Source: Methanotrichaceae archaeon
GTDB lineage: Archaea > Halobacteriota > Methanosarcinia > Methanotrichales > Methanotrichaceae
Length of the DNA: 64,000 nt
Direction: 5' to 3'
Assembly (NCBI GenBank): GCA_963803145.1
Contig: CAWDLW010000024.1
Location: forward strand, 20,272-84,271
Positions 39,769-49,506 of this stretch are shown here, one piece after another. Each line of letters begins with the position of its first letter. Within the stretch, counting starts at the first letter, position 1. Below the pieces are notes generated by a model that ran no database searches, was not told where the DNA came from, and saw only the letters and a program-made list of their open reading frames with translations. The translations under genes and the position numbers were made by a program.

Positions 39769-40146
39769 TTACCAGAGCACGAGGTAGACTTTTTCTCCTT
39801 CCTTCCTACCTCTGACAAGCTGGCAATGTCTGAGTATGGCAAACTGGTTTTCGAGCTTGCTTGGTGGCAGCTTGAACTTCTCTGCAAGCTCCTCCCTGGT
39901 GGCTTTGCCCTTGGATTTAATGAACTCATAGATATCCTTCTGTTGATCGGTCAGGCCGTCAGTTCCTGTAAGGCCATGGCTCTCTCTGAATATCATCTTC
40001 GAGCGCTCAGCCCAGGGATCACAAACTCTGATCCTGTGGCTCACATCTATATAACAGTCTTCGCAGAGGGTCTGGCCTCCAGAAATGGAGACCTCATCTT
40101 CAGTTATCTCCCTGCCGCAGCTCTGGCATTTCAAATTGTTTGCCAT
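39769..40146 (-). CDS. Small protein with an N-terminal CxxC/CxxC zinc finger and a C-terminal winged-HTH-like domain
   Basis: CQSC...LCEDC; IYEFIKSKGKATREELAEKF...FAILRHC.LVRG. Confidence 0.7.
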   Translation of the reverse strand: MANNLKCQSCGREITEDEVSISGGQTLCEDCYIDVSHRIRVCDPWAERSKMIFRESHGLTGTDGLTDQQKDIYEFIKSKGKATREELAEKFKLPPSKLENQFAILRHCQLVRGRKEGEKVYLVLW

Positions 40147-40373
40147 TTCACGTCGCCTCCATCGTATTCTATTATAAGGCTGTTGTTGGGGTTGATATAA
40201 TAAACATTAGCCTCGTTAACATGCAACCGGATCATAAGAGCATGAGAGAGGATATCAGATCCGTCATCTAGAAATCTTTGGTAATATTTCGCGCAAGTCA
40301 TAATGAAGAGGACAGCAGTGAGATTTGGGATGAGATCACTAGAGGTCAGATCCAACTTAGTTTATGGAGGCGC

Positions 40374-40450
40374 TCTGACGGAAGACAATAGATGAGAAAG
40401 ATATTACCCCAATCCTGGTGAAGCCTATACATGCTGATTTCTCCGTCAGA
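40374..40450 (+). ncRNA. Candidate C/D-box guide sRNA
   Basis: Terminal stem TCTGACGGA/TCCGTCAGA; C-like TAGATGA; C'-like TGGTGA; 12-nt spacer; D box CTGA at 40434; D' degenerate. Confidence 0.35.
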
Positions 40451-40647
40451 TAGCTGTACAATCGTGAGAACTCAGGAGCTATAATCGATTTGTATCTGAC
40501 ATATTTATATTACAAATAACTTATTACCATCTGCTATATTTCCGATTTATACCTTTGCCATTAAATCCCGATCGTTATCTTTATAGTTTAGTTATTTATT
40601 ATAGTTATTTGGGGTCGCAAATAAACTTAAGGAGTATGTGAGTAGCA

Positions 40648-41103
40648 ATGAGTGAAAGAGCATTGGCTTTGATGGTTCTTGCCTTGCTGTCCACTGTGGC
40701 CATGGGGAGTGCAGATCCTCTCTTCTTCCCGCTTAGTGAGCATACAATGGCAAAGGAGATATGTCCAAATGCAGTTCCCTGTGATAGAACTTATACATTC
40801 ACTACAAACGATGAGCAGGCGGTCTCCTGGCTCCTGATCTTCAGAGATGCCCGTGCTCATACCGTGGAATGGAGATGGTATTATCCTGAGGGTAGAACCT
40901 ATGATCGCAGCTTCAGCGTCATACCTCCTATTGATGGATTCGATGGCATATGGGCTGCGCCGGTCTGGAGCTGCCTGAAGATCAGCGGGACTGAAGTCGC
41001 GCGCATGCCTGGCAATTGGAAAGTTGATATAATAGTTGATTTCAGGAAAATACAGACGGAGTACTTCACGATCCTTGCGCCGAATGCCTGTGGAGCGGCT
41101 TGA
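40648..41103 (+). CDS. Exported hypothetical protein
   Basis: Signal peptide; VEWRWYYPEG and PGNWKVDI suggest an Ig-like beta-sandwich. Confidence 0.7.
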   Translation: MSERALALMVLALLSTVAMGSADPLFFPLSEHTMAKEICPNAVPCDRTYTFTTNDEQAVSWLLIFRDARAHTVEWRWYYPEGRTYDRSFSVIPPIDGFDGIWAAPVWSCLKISGTEVARMPGNWKVDIIVDFRKIQTEYFTILAPNACGAA

Positions 41104-41228
41104 GACGGCATCGATGGCAGTAAAGATATTAGGGAGTCCCTCCAATACATGTCTGTAGAACATAGCGCAAGCTCTGCGCTCAATTTTTTGCTTTAAGAAT
41201 AGCTGTCTCACGCTGTCCCGAAAGATTT

Positions 41229-41290
41229 CTTTATGTTTTTATATCTTTGTGGTTTAGTGCTGTTGGTTTCACTACAAAGGGCCCAGGCTT
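41229..41290. repeat. REP-like dispersed repeat, copy 2 (degenerate)
   Basis: Aligns with 7108-7170, including the identical core CTTTGTGGTTTAGTGCT. Confidence 0.65.
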
Positions 41291-41424
41291 AAGACATAAC
41301 GCCATTACATTCAAAACTGCTTTTTTGGCAATCGAGCTTTTCATGGTTTTACCATTCTCAATATTGAATGGACGATGAGTATTAAATCTAAAATGTGCTT
41401 TTAGAATAGGAATGGTGCTTGAGC

Positions 41425-42147
41425 ATGATGGACCTTGAGTTTGGAGGCAGAAGCAAGAAGCCCGATATCCGCTGGCTTTTCGATATGAATGAAGTAATCT
41501 ATGATAAAAGCTGGCTGGAGAATGCTGAGAACCTTGAGCTTTATTACATGTATCGCGACCTTTACCTGAGCAATGCAGACAAAGACAAGTTGATTGCTCA
41601 AGGTCTAAGATACGATATTACAATTATCCCACCGCGCATGCTGGGTGTCGAGTATGTGAAGACAGCCGGACACTATCACCCTATTCCTCCAGGCGGCACT
41701 GTATCTTATCCGGAGCTTTATGAGGTTCTCGAGGGCGAAGCGATATACCTCATTCAGAAGCAGGATATGAGCGATGTTGTAGCAGTTTATGCCTCTGGGG
41801 GGGAAAAGGTTCTAGTCCCACCCACCTATGGCCATATCACAATAAACCGGTCAAACAAGATACTGAAGATGGCAAACCTGGTGGCCAGAGACTTCTCGTC
41901 AATCTATGATCCAATCAAGGAGAGTGGAGGAGGCGCTTACTTCTACACCACACAAGGCTACATTAAGAATGAACGCTGCCCTGAGGCTGCTGAGCTTCGG
42001 AGAATAGAGGCCCCGGATAACAGTCAGCTGAGAAAGCTCGGCATGTCTAAAGGAAAGGAAATATATCCCCTGATAAAAGAGCCAGGAAGGCTGGATTATC
42101 TTGTGCACCCTGATAAGCACCTGGAGCTTTTCAAGGGCCTGATTTAG
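41425..42147 (+). CDS. Cupin-type glucose-6-phosphate isomerase
   Basis: LRYDITIIPP, EYVKTAGHYH, YPELYEVL.G, VPP.YGH.TIN, GGAY. Confidence 0.85.
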   Translation: MMDLEFGGRSKKPDIRWLFDMNEVIYDKSWLENAENLELYYMYRDLYLSNADKDKLIAQGLRYDITIIPPRMLGVEYVKTAGHYHPIPPGGTVSYPELYEVLEGEAIYLIQKQDMSDVVAVYASGGEKVLVPPTYGHITINRSNKILKMANLVARDFSSIYDPIKESGGGAYFYTTQGYIKNERCPEAAELRRIEAPDNSQLRKLGMSKGKEIYPLIKEPGRLDYLVHPDKHLELFKGLI

Positions 42148-42161
42148 GAGCAGATGAGCGC

Positions 42162-43097
42162 ATGGAGTTTCCAAACCTCTTCGGCCTCTCGCGCTACCGC
42201 GCACATATCGAGATGCTTCGCCCGCCGCTGGCGCCCATGGACCTGGCAATGCCTGCGGCCGCGGCGCTACTGGCGAGCTATGCAGTGAGCGGAAGCCTTC
42301 CTCCTCTCTTTCCATTCCTTATTGCTACAGTCGGAGCATATTGTGCTATAACAAGCTCATACGTCTACAATGATTGCTGCGATGTGGATGTGGATAAGGT
42401 TGCCATGCCTGATCGGCCGCTGCCATCAGCGCGGCTCAGCAGACGTGAGGCATTGATATGGTCGCTGTTACTGTTCTGTGTGGCAGCCGCAACTGCGCTC
42501 TATCTGAATCCTGAAAGCTTCGCCGCTCTGGTTGCAGCCACTATCATGATCACTATCTACTCCTCTTGGGCAAAGAGGAGCACACCGTTTTCCTGGATCT
42601 TTGTTGGCCTTGCCTTTGGCCTTGTTCCCTTGGGCGTCTGGCTGGCGATGGAGCCTGCAGGACTTCTGAAGGCGGGAACAAGCATTCATCCAGCAGCGAT
42701 TATGCTGTCGGCCATGATCTGCATCACGGATTGGGGGTTCACCAACTGTGACGCATCGCGGGATACAGTAGGCGACACGGAAAAGGGAATACCAACGACT
42801 CCGGCGACCTACGGAATACCGTCAACTGCGAAGATGGTGGCAGCATTCTGGGTTATAGGCATCGTTCTATCTCTCGCCCTCGGAGTCTCAGCCGGTCTCG
42901 GACTGCTTTATATGGCCGCAGCGGCCATCGCCGGATGCTGGCTACTTTTGCAAAATCTGGAATTTGTAAAGAATCCGATTGCAAAGCGCGGAGATAAGCT
43001 GTTCTATCAATCGGCCAACTATAGGGCGGTGCTATTTGCTGCGCTAATCCTGGATGTGCTGCTCAGAGTAGCTGTGCCCGGAATTGGCTGGCTATAG
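42162..43097 (+). CDS. UbiA-family prenyltransferase
   Basis: NDCCDVDVD...PDRPLPS, YS..KR, D..RD..GD..KG; multiple TM segments. Confidence 0.85.
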   Translation: MEFPNLFGLSRYRAHIEMLRPPLAPMDLAMPAAAALLASYAVSGSLPPLFPFLIATVGAYCAITSSYVYNDCCDVDVDKVAMPDRPLPSARLSRREALIWSLLLFCVAAATALYLNPESFAALVAATIMITIYSSWAKRSTPFSWIFVGLAFGLVPLGVWLAMEPAGLLKAGTSIHPAAIMLSAMICITDWGFTNCDASRDTVGDTEKGIPTTPATYGIPSTAKMVAAFWVIGIVLSLALGVSAGLGLLYMAAAAIAGCWLLLQNLEFVKNPIAKRGDKLFYQSANYRAVLFAALILDVLLRVAVPGIGWL

Positions 43098-43168
43098 TTT
43101 GTATTGTAAAATATTTCTTTACAAGAAACCATTTATACGCAGTTATCGAAAAACCCATAAAGTAAAGA

Positions 43169-43549
43169 GTGAAGATGATGATCCACAAAGACCGCATATT
43201 CTCCTTCAAGGAAATTGGGAGCGAAGATGACCTAGTAGAGGCTATGATGAACCACAATTGGCCTCTTTGCTACAGCTTCTATTACGGCAAGCTGCTCTAT
43301 TTGAACGACAGCGAAAGCGAGGCTGATCCTGAGTACGCTGTTGTGACCATCGATAAGACTGAGGGCCATCATGGAATTCATGGCCGTGAGGTTGGGAGAA
43401 TCAGGCCTCGGAGCATGGATGCCACCTCGGTACATAAGTTCATTCAGGATATGTCTGCGGGCCATTATAGCAGCGAGGAGCCAGTCTCTGCCCAGGTTGA
43501 GCCGATCTGGCACCATAGCTGCCAGCTATGCAGGCTGGAGGAAGAGTGA
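43169..43549 (+). CDS. Hypothetical protein
   Basis: Clean ORF between genes; WPLC..F, LNDS....EYAV, C-terminal HHSCQLC. Confidence 0.65.
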   Translation: MKMMIHKDRIFSFKEIGSEDDLVEAMMNHNWPLCYSFYYGKLLYLNDSESEADPEYAVVTIDKTEGHHGIHGREVGRIRPRSMDATSVHKFIQDMSAGHYSSEEPVSAQVEPIWHHSCQLCRLEEE

Positions 43550-43669
43550 GCAAACTTTCTTTTTTTGCGATCACTAATCGTATAAGGTAGCCAGCTATTG
43601 ATTACCATACTGCAGCAGACTACGAGATCAAAATAATTGCAATGATGGTAGTTGATTCATCAATCCGCA

Positions 43670-44539
43670 TTAATCCAGCAAATCCTGATGATCTCTTAAC
43701 TTTAGGTTGGATTCAAATGATTTTGCAATGAGAGGATTTGCAGCCATCTCCGGAATACCCAGTTCCTTCAGAACAAGCCTGCACAACTCCATAGGCTCTA
43801 TTGTCGGATGGCAGCGGCTCACATTGATAACTGCCTCATGAATGTGCTGAAGGTACTCTAGTCCATTATCCATCCGCTGGTATACCATGCTATCCTTCTG
43901 CGGATCATCCCAGGCGGCTAGCAAGTGATTGATGCTTCCAGTAGCCTTTAAGTTTTTAATAGATCTTACCGATTCTAACGCATCTTCATAAATTGGAAGG
44001 TCTCCTGTGATGGGAATTGCATCCCCGGAAAAGAGGGCACCAACATCCGGAAGCAAAATGGAGATCGAACCCTTGGAGTGGCCTCCCGTATGCAGCACCT
44101 TTGCGCTCATTTCATCATCTAAGCCAATAACATCTCCATCCTGAAGGATGCGATCAATCTTAACAGATCCTCCAACAAGTGACTTGAAGCCGGGAACTGG
44201 TCGCTCCTTAAACTGCAAATCCACATCTTCAATCCATGATCTCTCGGCAGCATGGCTTGCAACATCACAGTTTGTTGCAGCTTTGATAGCAGATGCTGCT
44301 CCAATATGATCTGGATGAGAATGAGTGAGTATAATCAGGGATATCTCTTCAGGGCTTCTCCCTGTACTTCTAAGATAATCGAAGATAACTTTCTCTCCAG
44401 AGGCAACACCGCTATCGATGAGACAGACTTTCTTGCCGTAAATAAGGTAAACGTACACAAAGCGGTCGATTTTTCTGCCAGATGGATCGATCAGATGGAA
44501 TGGGATCTTCAGTGCGTGAATGTTCTTTGTGATCTGCAT
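43670..44539 (-). CDS. MBL-fold metallo-hydrolase
   Basis: LIDSG, THSHPDHIG, TGGHSKGS, FSGDA. Confidence 0.85.
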   Translation of the reverse strand: MQITKNIHALKIPFHLIDPSGRKIDRFVYVYLIYGKKVCLIDSGVASGEKVIFDYLRSTGRSPEEISLIILTHSHPDHIGAASAIKAATNCDVASHAAERSWIEDVDLQFKERPVPGFKSLVGGSVKIDRILQDGDVIGLDDEMSAKVLHTGGHSKGSISILLPDVGALFSGDAIPITGDLPIYEDALESVRSIKNLKATGSINHLLAAWDDPQKDSMVYQRMDNGLEYLQHIHEAVINVSRCHPTIEPMELCRLVLKELGIPEMAANPLIAKSFESNLKLRDHQDLLD

Positions 44540-44642
44540 AAAACGCCTCGCTCGGATAATATGCATATTGAGTAGCGCCGAAGTACAAAACTCTTCTTGC
44601 TTAAATGGTTAGAATCTTAGAAGGCTGAACAATTATGAATAA

Positions 44643-45776
44643 TTAATATCTGAGCATCGCCCCCATCCCACCAATCGATTCCAGAAAAGCATCATCCTCC
44701 ACCAGTGCCACTTCCGCCCCAGTCCTCTGCGCAAGCTCATAAAATTGCTCTGCAATATTCTCCTCCGACATATGTCCTCCGCAGCTTGGGCAGCTCGACT
44801 GCTGAATTTCCGGAATGAGCCTGCAGCTTTGACACACCATGCCGGGAATCTGAAAGTTGTTCAATACAAGTGTCTTCACCCTTCCCTGTTCAAGCGCCTC
44901 CCTGACCTCTTCAGATCCGTAGGCAGCAGGCATACCCTTGAAGATCGCAGCCTTCAACTCAGCAGCAACAGCCTTTCCGATGCTACTGCTATCCGCTAGG
45001 GCAACGTCACTCCCCAACCCGATAAGTTCAGATGGCAGGGCATCCATCGATAGATCAAGAGTTCCGAGAAGTTTGCTATTCAGTGAAGATGGCAGCATCT
45101 GAATAAGTTGATTCTTGGCATCACCCGGACCCGCGATTACAAGACCATTGATAATCGCCTGACCCTCGAGACTCTTCAGGTCATCTATGACCTCTTTGAG
45201 GAATGATTTTATAGCTCCTTTCCTCAAGCGGTTGAACCGCATCTGGCTCCATCCGCCCTTTTTGTGTTTGTTCATAAGATCAATCGATGCCTTTCCCTTC
45301 TCAACAATTGTGTTCGACCTTACCAGAAATAGCCTGGCTTCCCGCGAGTCAACAAGCAAAAGCCAGTAATCTGCATAATCATTGCTGAGTCGCGCCAGAG
45401 GAAGCAGGAAAGGCGATCTGTCCCATACAACCAACGGCTCGACCTCTAGGCCAAGCCTGTACGTTTGCAGTAATCCCTGTGAAGCTGAGGCAAAAATGGC
45501 CCGTCCTCTTTCGCCTTTCACAGGCAGAGCAGAAAGTGCAGATTCTGCCAGTGCTAGGGCGGAAGCATATGATTCCTGAAGGTTTTCCGGCAGGGCCTTT
45601 CTGATCAATTTAAGCCTGGAATTTACGAAGGATATGTCCCTTTTATTGATAGTTGTATACACCGAAAGAACTGTGTCCTTGTCATCCTGAACCTCTGCTA
45701 AAGCTTTGAGGTCTATATCTGATACAGGCACTAGGCCATCAGCTGTGGCAGACTTCGTATCCTCTCTGAACTTCAT
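44643..45776 (-). CDS. eRF1-superfamily release-factor homolog (baeRF-type, GGWSQ loop)
   Basis: KHKKGGWSQMRF, IAGPG.AK, AYG..EV..AL..GRV..L, CxxC..CxxC ribbon, GG.GA.LRY; no NIKS motif seen. Confidence 0.8.
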   Translation of the reverse strand: MKFREDTKSATADGLVPVSDIDLKALAEVQDDKDTVLSVYTTINKRDISFVNSRLKLIRKALPENLQESYASALALAESALSALPVKGERGRAIFASASQGLLQTYRLGLEVEPLVVWDRSPFLLPLARLSNDYADYWLLLVDSREARLFLVRSNTIVEKGKASIDLMNKHKKGGWSQMRFNRLRKGAIKSFLKEVIDDLKSLEGQAIINGLVIAGPGDAKNQLIQMLPSSLNSKLLGTLDLSMDALPSELIGLGSDVALADSSSIGKAVAAELKAAIFKGMPAAYGSEEVREALEQGRVKTLVLNNFQIPGMVCQSCRLIPEIQQSSCPSCGGHMSEENIAEQFYELAQRTGAEVALVEDDAFLESIGGMGAMLRY

Positions 45777-45854
45777 AATATAACTTACGCGGGAAAGTTA
45801 GAAAAGGCTTCCTCTACTTTCGTCCTGCGGCTAGTCTTTATATTCTTTCCGTAA

Positions 45855-46964
45855 ATGTTAAATGTGATGAGAACTGGCGCCACAGATCTGCCGCTTCATA
45901 CTGGATCCGCGCCTCCCTGGCTCTTCAAGCGAATGTGCCGTCTGGCGGGCGAGGTAGTAGAGGTGCTTGTGTATGAGTATGGCCCGGAAGAGTTCTTGCG
46001 CCGAATCTCGGATCCTTACTGGTTCCAGGCGTTTGCCTGCGTGCTTGGCTTTGACTGGCACTCATCAGGCACAACTACTGTCACAACGGGTGCCCTGAAG
46101 CAGGCTCTTTCGCCTGAAAAACATGGAATAGGCGTGGCAGGAGGAAAGGGCAGAACGTCCAGCAGATCGCCGGATGATATTCAAAGGCTGGGCGATGCTT
46201 TTTCCATAACCTCGAGAAAAGTGGATGAGCTTATCCGAGTAAGCAGGATGTCCGCAAAGGTGGACAGCGCGTTAGTTCAGGATGGCTACCAGATATATCA
46301 TCATGCTTTCTTTTTCACTGAGAGAGGAGAATGGGCAGTTGTACAGCAGGGAATGAACGGAAGTTATGCCCGCAGATACCACTGGCTTTCCGACAATTTA
46401 AGGAGCTTTGTTGAGGAGCCGCACTCAGCTATATGCTCTCAGAGGCGTGAACAGTCTGCCCTGGATCTAACTGCTCATGAAAGTGCTGAGAACAGAAAGG
46501 CTACCCTTGATCTAGTCAGGGATGGTCCATCCCACCTGGGAGGACAGCGCAGCCTCTTCGATTTCGATGCCTCAAAACCTAATACCCCTGCCGAATTCTC
46601 CATGCCCCGGCGCCATGAGCTTTTAGCCACGCTCGATATCAGCAAGGAGGGAAGAAAGGCTCTGCAGATGGCATATGAACTTCAGCCCTCAAGCTATGAG
46701 GATCTCATTGCACTGAGGGGCATAGGAGGAAGCAAAATCAGAGCCTTAGCGCTGATTTCGGAGCTTATCTATGGCGCAAGTCCGAGCTGGCGCGATCCGG
46801 CCAAATACAGCTTTGCACATGGTGGAAAGGATGGAACGCCATTCCCTGTTGATCGTGAGACCTACGATCATTCCATCCGTACACTTAAGGAGGCGCTTGA
46901 GGGCACTGAGCTTGATAGAAAAGAGAAGTATGAGGCGATTAAGCGGCTTTCGAGATATGCATAA
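45855..46964 (+). CDS. DUF763-domain protein
   Basis: DLPLH.G.APPWL, DP.WFQ...GFDWHSSGTTT, AKVD...QDGY..YHH, SFAHGGKDG.PFPVD. Confidence 0.85.
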   Translation: MLNVMRTGATDLPLHTGSAPPWLFKRMCRLAGEVVEVLVYEYGPEEFLRRISDPYWFQAFACVLGFDWHSSGTTTVTTGALKQALSPEKHGIGVAGGKGRTSSRSPDDIQRLGDAFSITSRKVDELIRVSRMSAKVDSALVQDGYQIYHHAFFFTERGEWAVVQQGMNGSYARRYHWLSDNLRSFVEEPHSAICSQRREQSALDLTAHESAENRKATLDLVRDGPSHLGGQRSLFDFDASKPNTPAEFSMPRRHELLATLDISKEGRKALQMAYELQPSSYEDLIALRGIGGSKIRALALISELIYGASPSWRDPAKYSFAHGGKDGTPFPVDRETYDHSIRTLKEALEGTELDRKEKYEAIKRLSRYA

Positions 46965-47118
46965 CCTTTTTAAAAATCTAGGATAAATCCTTGCCCAATT
47001 CTTCGGAAGCTCTTAACTTGAATAGAATAATATCTGCCATATTACATTAACAAATCTTTATCATGGCAAAGCTATAACTGCTGCCTCACGATAAGAATAT
47101 ATTGATGATTTTGGAAGT

Positions 47119-47772
47119 TTAGGAAGTATCTGGTGGAGCGTGGTTATCATGGCTTATCTCAATGCGCTTCAGAATTTTTGTAAATCCAAATACAACAAGC
47201 CAAATTAAAATATTTATTAATAATAATTTAGTATAAGTATCAAAAAATATATCTATATTGGAGTTATGTTTTACGGCTTCTATCGTTCGTAAGAATAGAG
47301 CCCATTCCATTAAGAAATATAGAGCAATATACGAATATAGATTAAATCTTCTCCTAGCTACCAAAATAATTGTCACTATAATTACAATAAAAGATAAGAA
47401 ATAAATCCAATTATTCATCAGAACTATATATGGTCTAAAATTTATGATTTCATTTTCATAAAAATATTTCAACATTGATAACGATAAGTAAAATGCAAAA
47501 AAAAGTATTATTCCATGGATTAAAAATACTATGTCTTGGCTGATTGAAAATTTATGATAAATTATAAATTTTTTTGGAGAATAAAAAATTATTCTTTGAT
47601 CTGTATAAAAGATTGCGGCTAAAATTAGAGGACTGACTAAGATAAAATATCGAACTTGATTAATATCCAAAAAATATGCTTGTAGTTTGATATAAATAAA
47701 GGTGTAAGAAAATATTAATAACATATTCGAGGCTGAATAGGATATGAATTTATTTGAAAGATCTATATCCAT
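47119..47772 (-). CDS. AT-rich multi-pass membrane protein
   Basis: About six Ile/Phe-rich hydrophobic segments; begins 12 bp after the VWA gene. Confidence 0.65.
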   Translation of the reverse strand: MDIDLSNKFISYSASNMLLIFSYTFIYIKLQAYFLDINQVRYFILVSPLILAAIFYTDQRIIFYSPKKFIIYHKFSISQDIVFLIHGIILFFAFYLSLSMLKYFYENEIINFRPYIVLMNNWIYFLSFIVIIVTIILVARRRFNLYSYIALYFLMEWALFLRTIEAVKHNSNIDIFFDTYTKLLLINILIWLVVFGFTKILKRIEISHDNHAPPDTS

Positions 47773-47784
47773 TTTTATAGGCTC

Positions 47785-49185
47785 CTATATTTTGCCAAAC
47801 AGATAAGCTAGAATGCTCCAAATGCCAGGTGTGGCAGGTGTGGAAGCAGTTTGTTTCTTAGGCGATTCTGTATCAATATTTATTTTATCCTCAACTAAAT
47901 TTATATTGCCATTATATCCATCCATCCAAGAATAGGATAAATAAGATCGGGGTGTGTCTTTGCTTATGGTTGCCAATGTGACATTTTTTGAATCTTCTCC
48001 GATAGAAACTGGCAGTTTTTCTAAATGTAAACTAGTGGGAATTGTTACTATTGTCTCGCTTTCTGGATCCAGCCCTTCTTTAAGCCTAAATGCAATAATA
48101 TTTGGTTTATCTGCATTTGTTTGATTATTGATGGCAATCCCAATCGGTGTTATTTTATTTAATGATCCATTTACTTGTATGGAACTATAAAGTCCAGGAT
48201 CAATATAGTTGTAAAAAGATTCAAAGATTGTTACATCATTGGCTACAGGAGCGCTGGTGGCGTTTTGAAGGGCTTCTATCAATGCAGCCAACAGATCATT
48301 TTCAAGATATTTAGGATCAGGTGGCGTTGGTAAGAATTGAATCCGATCTACAATATCGCTTGGATATCCAGCTAACTCCATCAAATTGTCCACCATAGAT
48401 TTGGCGTCATTTTCATCTCTTTTTAAGTCAAGAGCTATTATATATATTGAATAGTTTTTTTGCTTAGCTTTTTCTATTAGCCTTTTTTGGACTGGAGTGA
48501 ACTCGCTTTTTCCAGTTACTAATATAACGAATTTGGATATTCTATGGAATCTATCTTGTTTTATATTATCCAAAATATTAATCGATGCATTAATAGGACT
48601 CGAAAGATTCGTACCTGCCATTTCGTTAGCATAATAATAATAATTTTTGGTATTGTTTCCAAATACTGGGTATTTATCTATATCGTCACTTAATCTTTTT
48701 GCACTTACGAGCTTAACATTACTACTTTCATTACTTTTAAAGGGATTTATGCTATTTAAACTATTATATATAAAACTGATATTGTCATTAAAACTTACGA
48801 TAGTTAAGTTTAACTGTTTAGTTTTATATCGATCATTAGTTGTTATATCTTTTATGAAATTAGGAACCGCGCCAGCTACGGCGTGCGCCTGTGAAACATC
48901 TCCACCATAACTGAAACTTCCTGAGCTATCGAGCGCCAATACAAAATCATAATAATCTACCTTTGGAATTTTGATTTTGTATATTAGGTTCGGATATCCG
49001 TTCGATCCATCTATGGTTTTGATCACGCTGACATTGGTATTTGTATCATTATTGTATCTAGGAGCACCTGAGATAATACTGCTAATGGAAGAGATATTTT
49101 TATCAGTTACTTGACATAAACCACTATTGACAATTAATAATATAACCAAAAGAATTATACAACATTTAATTACCCCTCTAATCAT
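47785..49185 (-). CDS. Exported von Willebrand factor A (VWA) domain protein
   Basis: Signal peptide; FVLALDSSGS (MIDAS DxSxS), GTNLS, VILVTG, IYIIAL; short hydrophobic C-terminus; alternative start 49212. Confidence 0.78.
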   Translation of the reverse strand: MIRGVIKCCIILLVILLIVNSGLCQVTDKNISSISSIISGAPRYNNDTNTNVSVIKTIDGSNGYPNLIYKIKIPKVDYYDFVLALDSSGSFSYGGDVSQAHAVAGAVPNFIKDITTNDRYKTKQLNLTIVSFNDNISFIYNSLNSINPFKSNESSNVKLVSAKRLSDDIDKYPVFGNNTKNYYYYANEMAGTNLSSPINASINILDNIKQDRFHRISKFVILVTGKSEFTPVQKRLIEKAKQKNYSIYIIALDLKRDENDAKSMVDNLMELAGYPSDIVDRIQFLPTPPDPKYLENDLLAALIEALQNATSAPVANDVTIFESFYNYIDPGLYSSIQVNGSLNKITPIGIAINNQTNADKPNIIAFRLKEGLDPESETIVTIPTSLHLEKLPVSIGEDSKNVTLATISKDTPRSYLSYSWMDGYNGNINLVEDKINIDTESPKKQTASTPATPGIWSILAYLFGKI

Positions 49186-49506
49186 ATTTTGGAAGCCTCC
49201 ATCCCTCGCCATATAGCAGATAAGTGCTAACCTTGCAATTGCTTGCTTGAAACTTTTGGTACATAAATATTTCTAAGAATAAGAGCGCATTTATCATCAG
49301 AAGCAACTTATATTAATTCTTAATGGAATCCTTAATGCAGAGGACAATAATCTTAAAGAGTCTTTATAATTGTAGTCTCATCGAGGAAACACGGTACTCA
49401 TCTCCGAACCATTTGGATCCAATGCCAAAAAATTTTATAAACATCCCTGCGCTTGTGCATCTATATATTAAACAAATTGTTTTTAATTTTATACATGGGG
49501 CAATAA

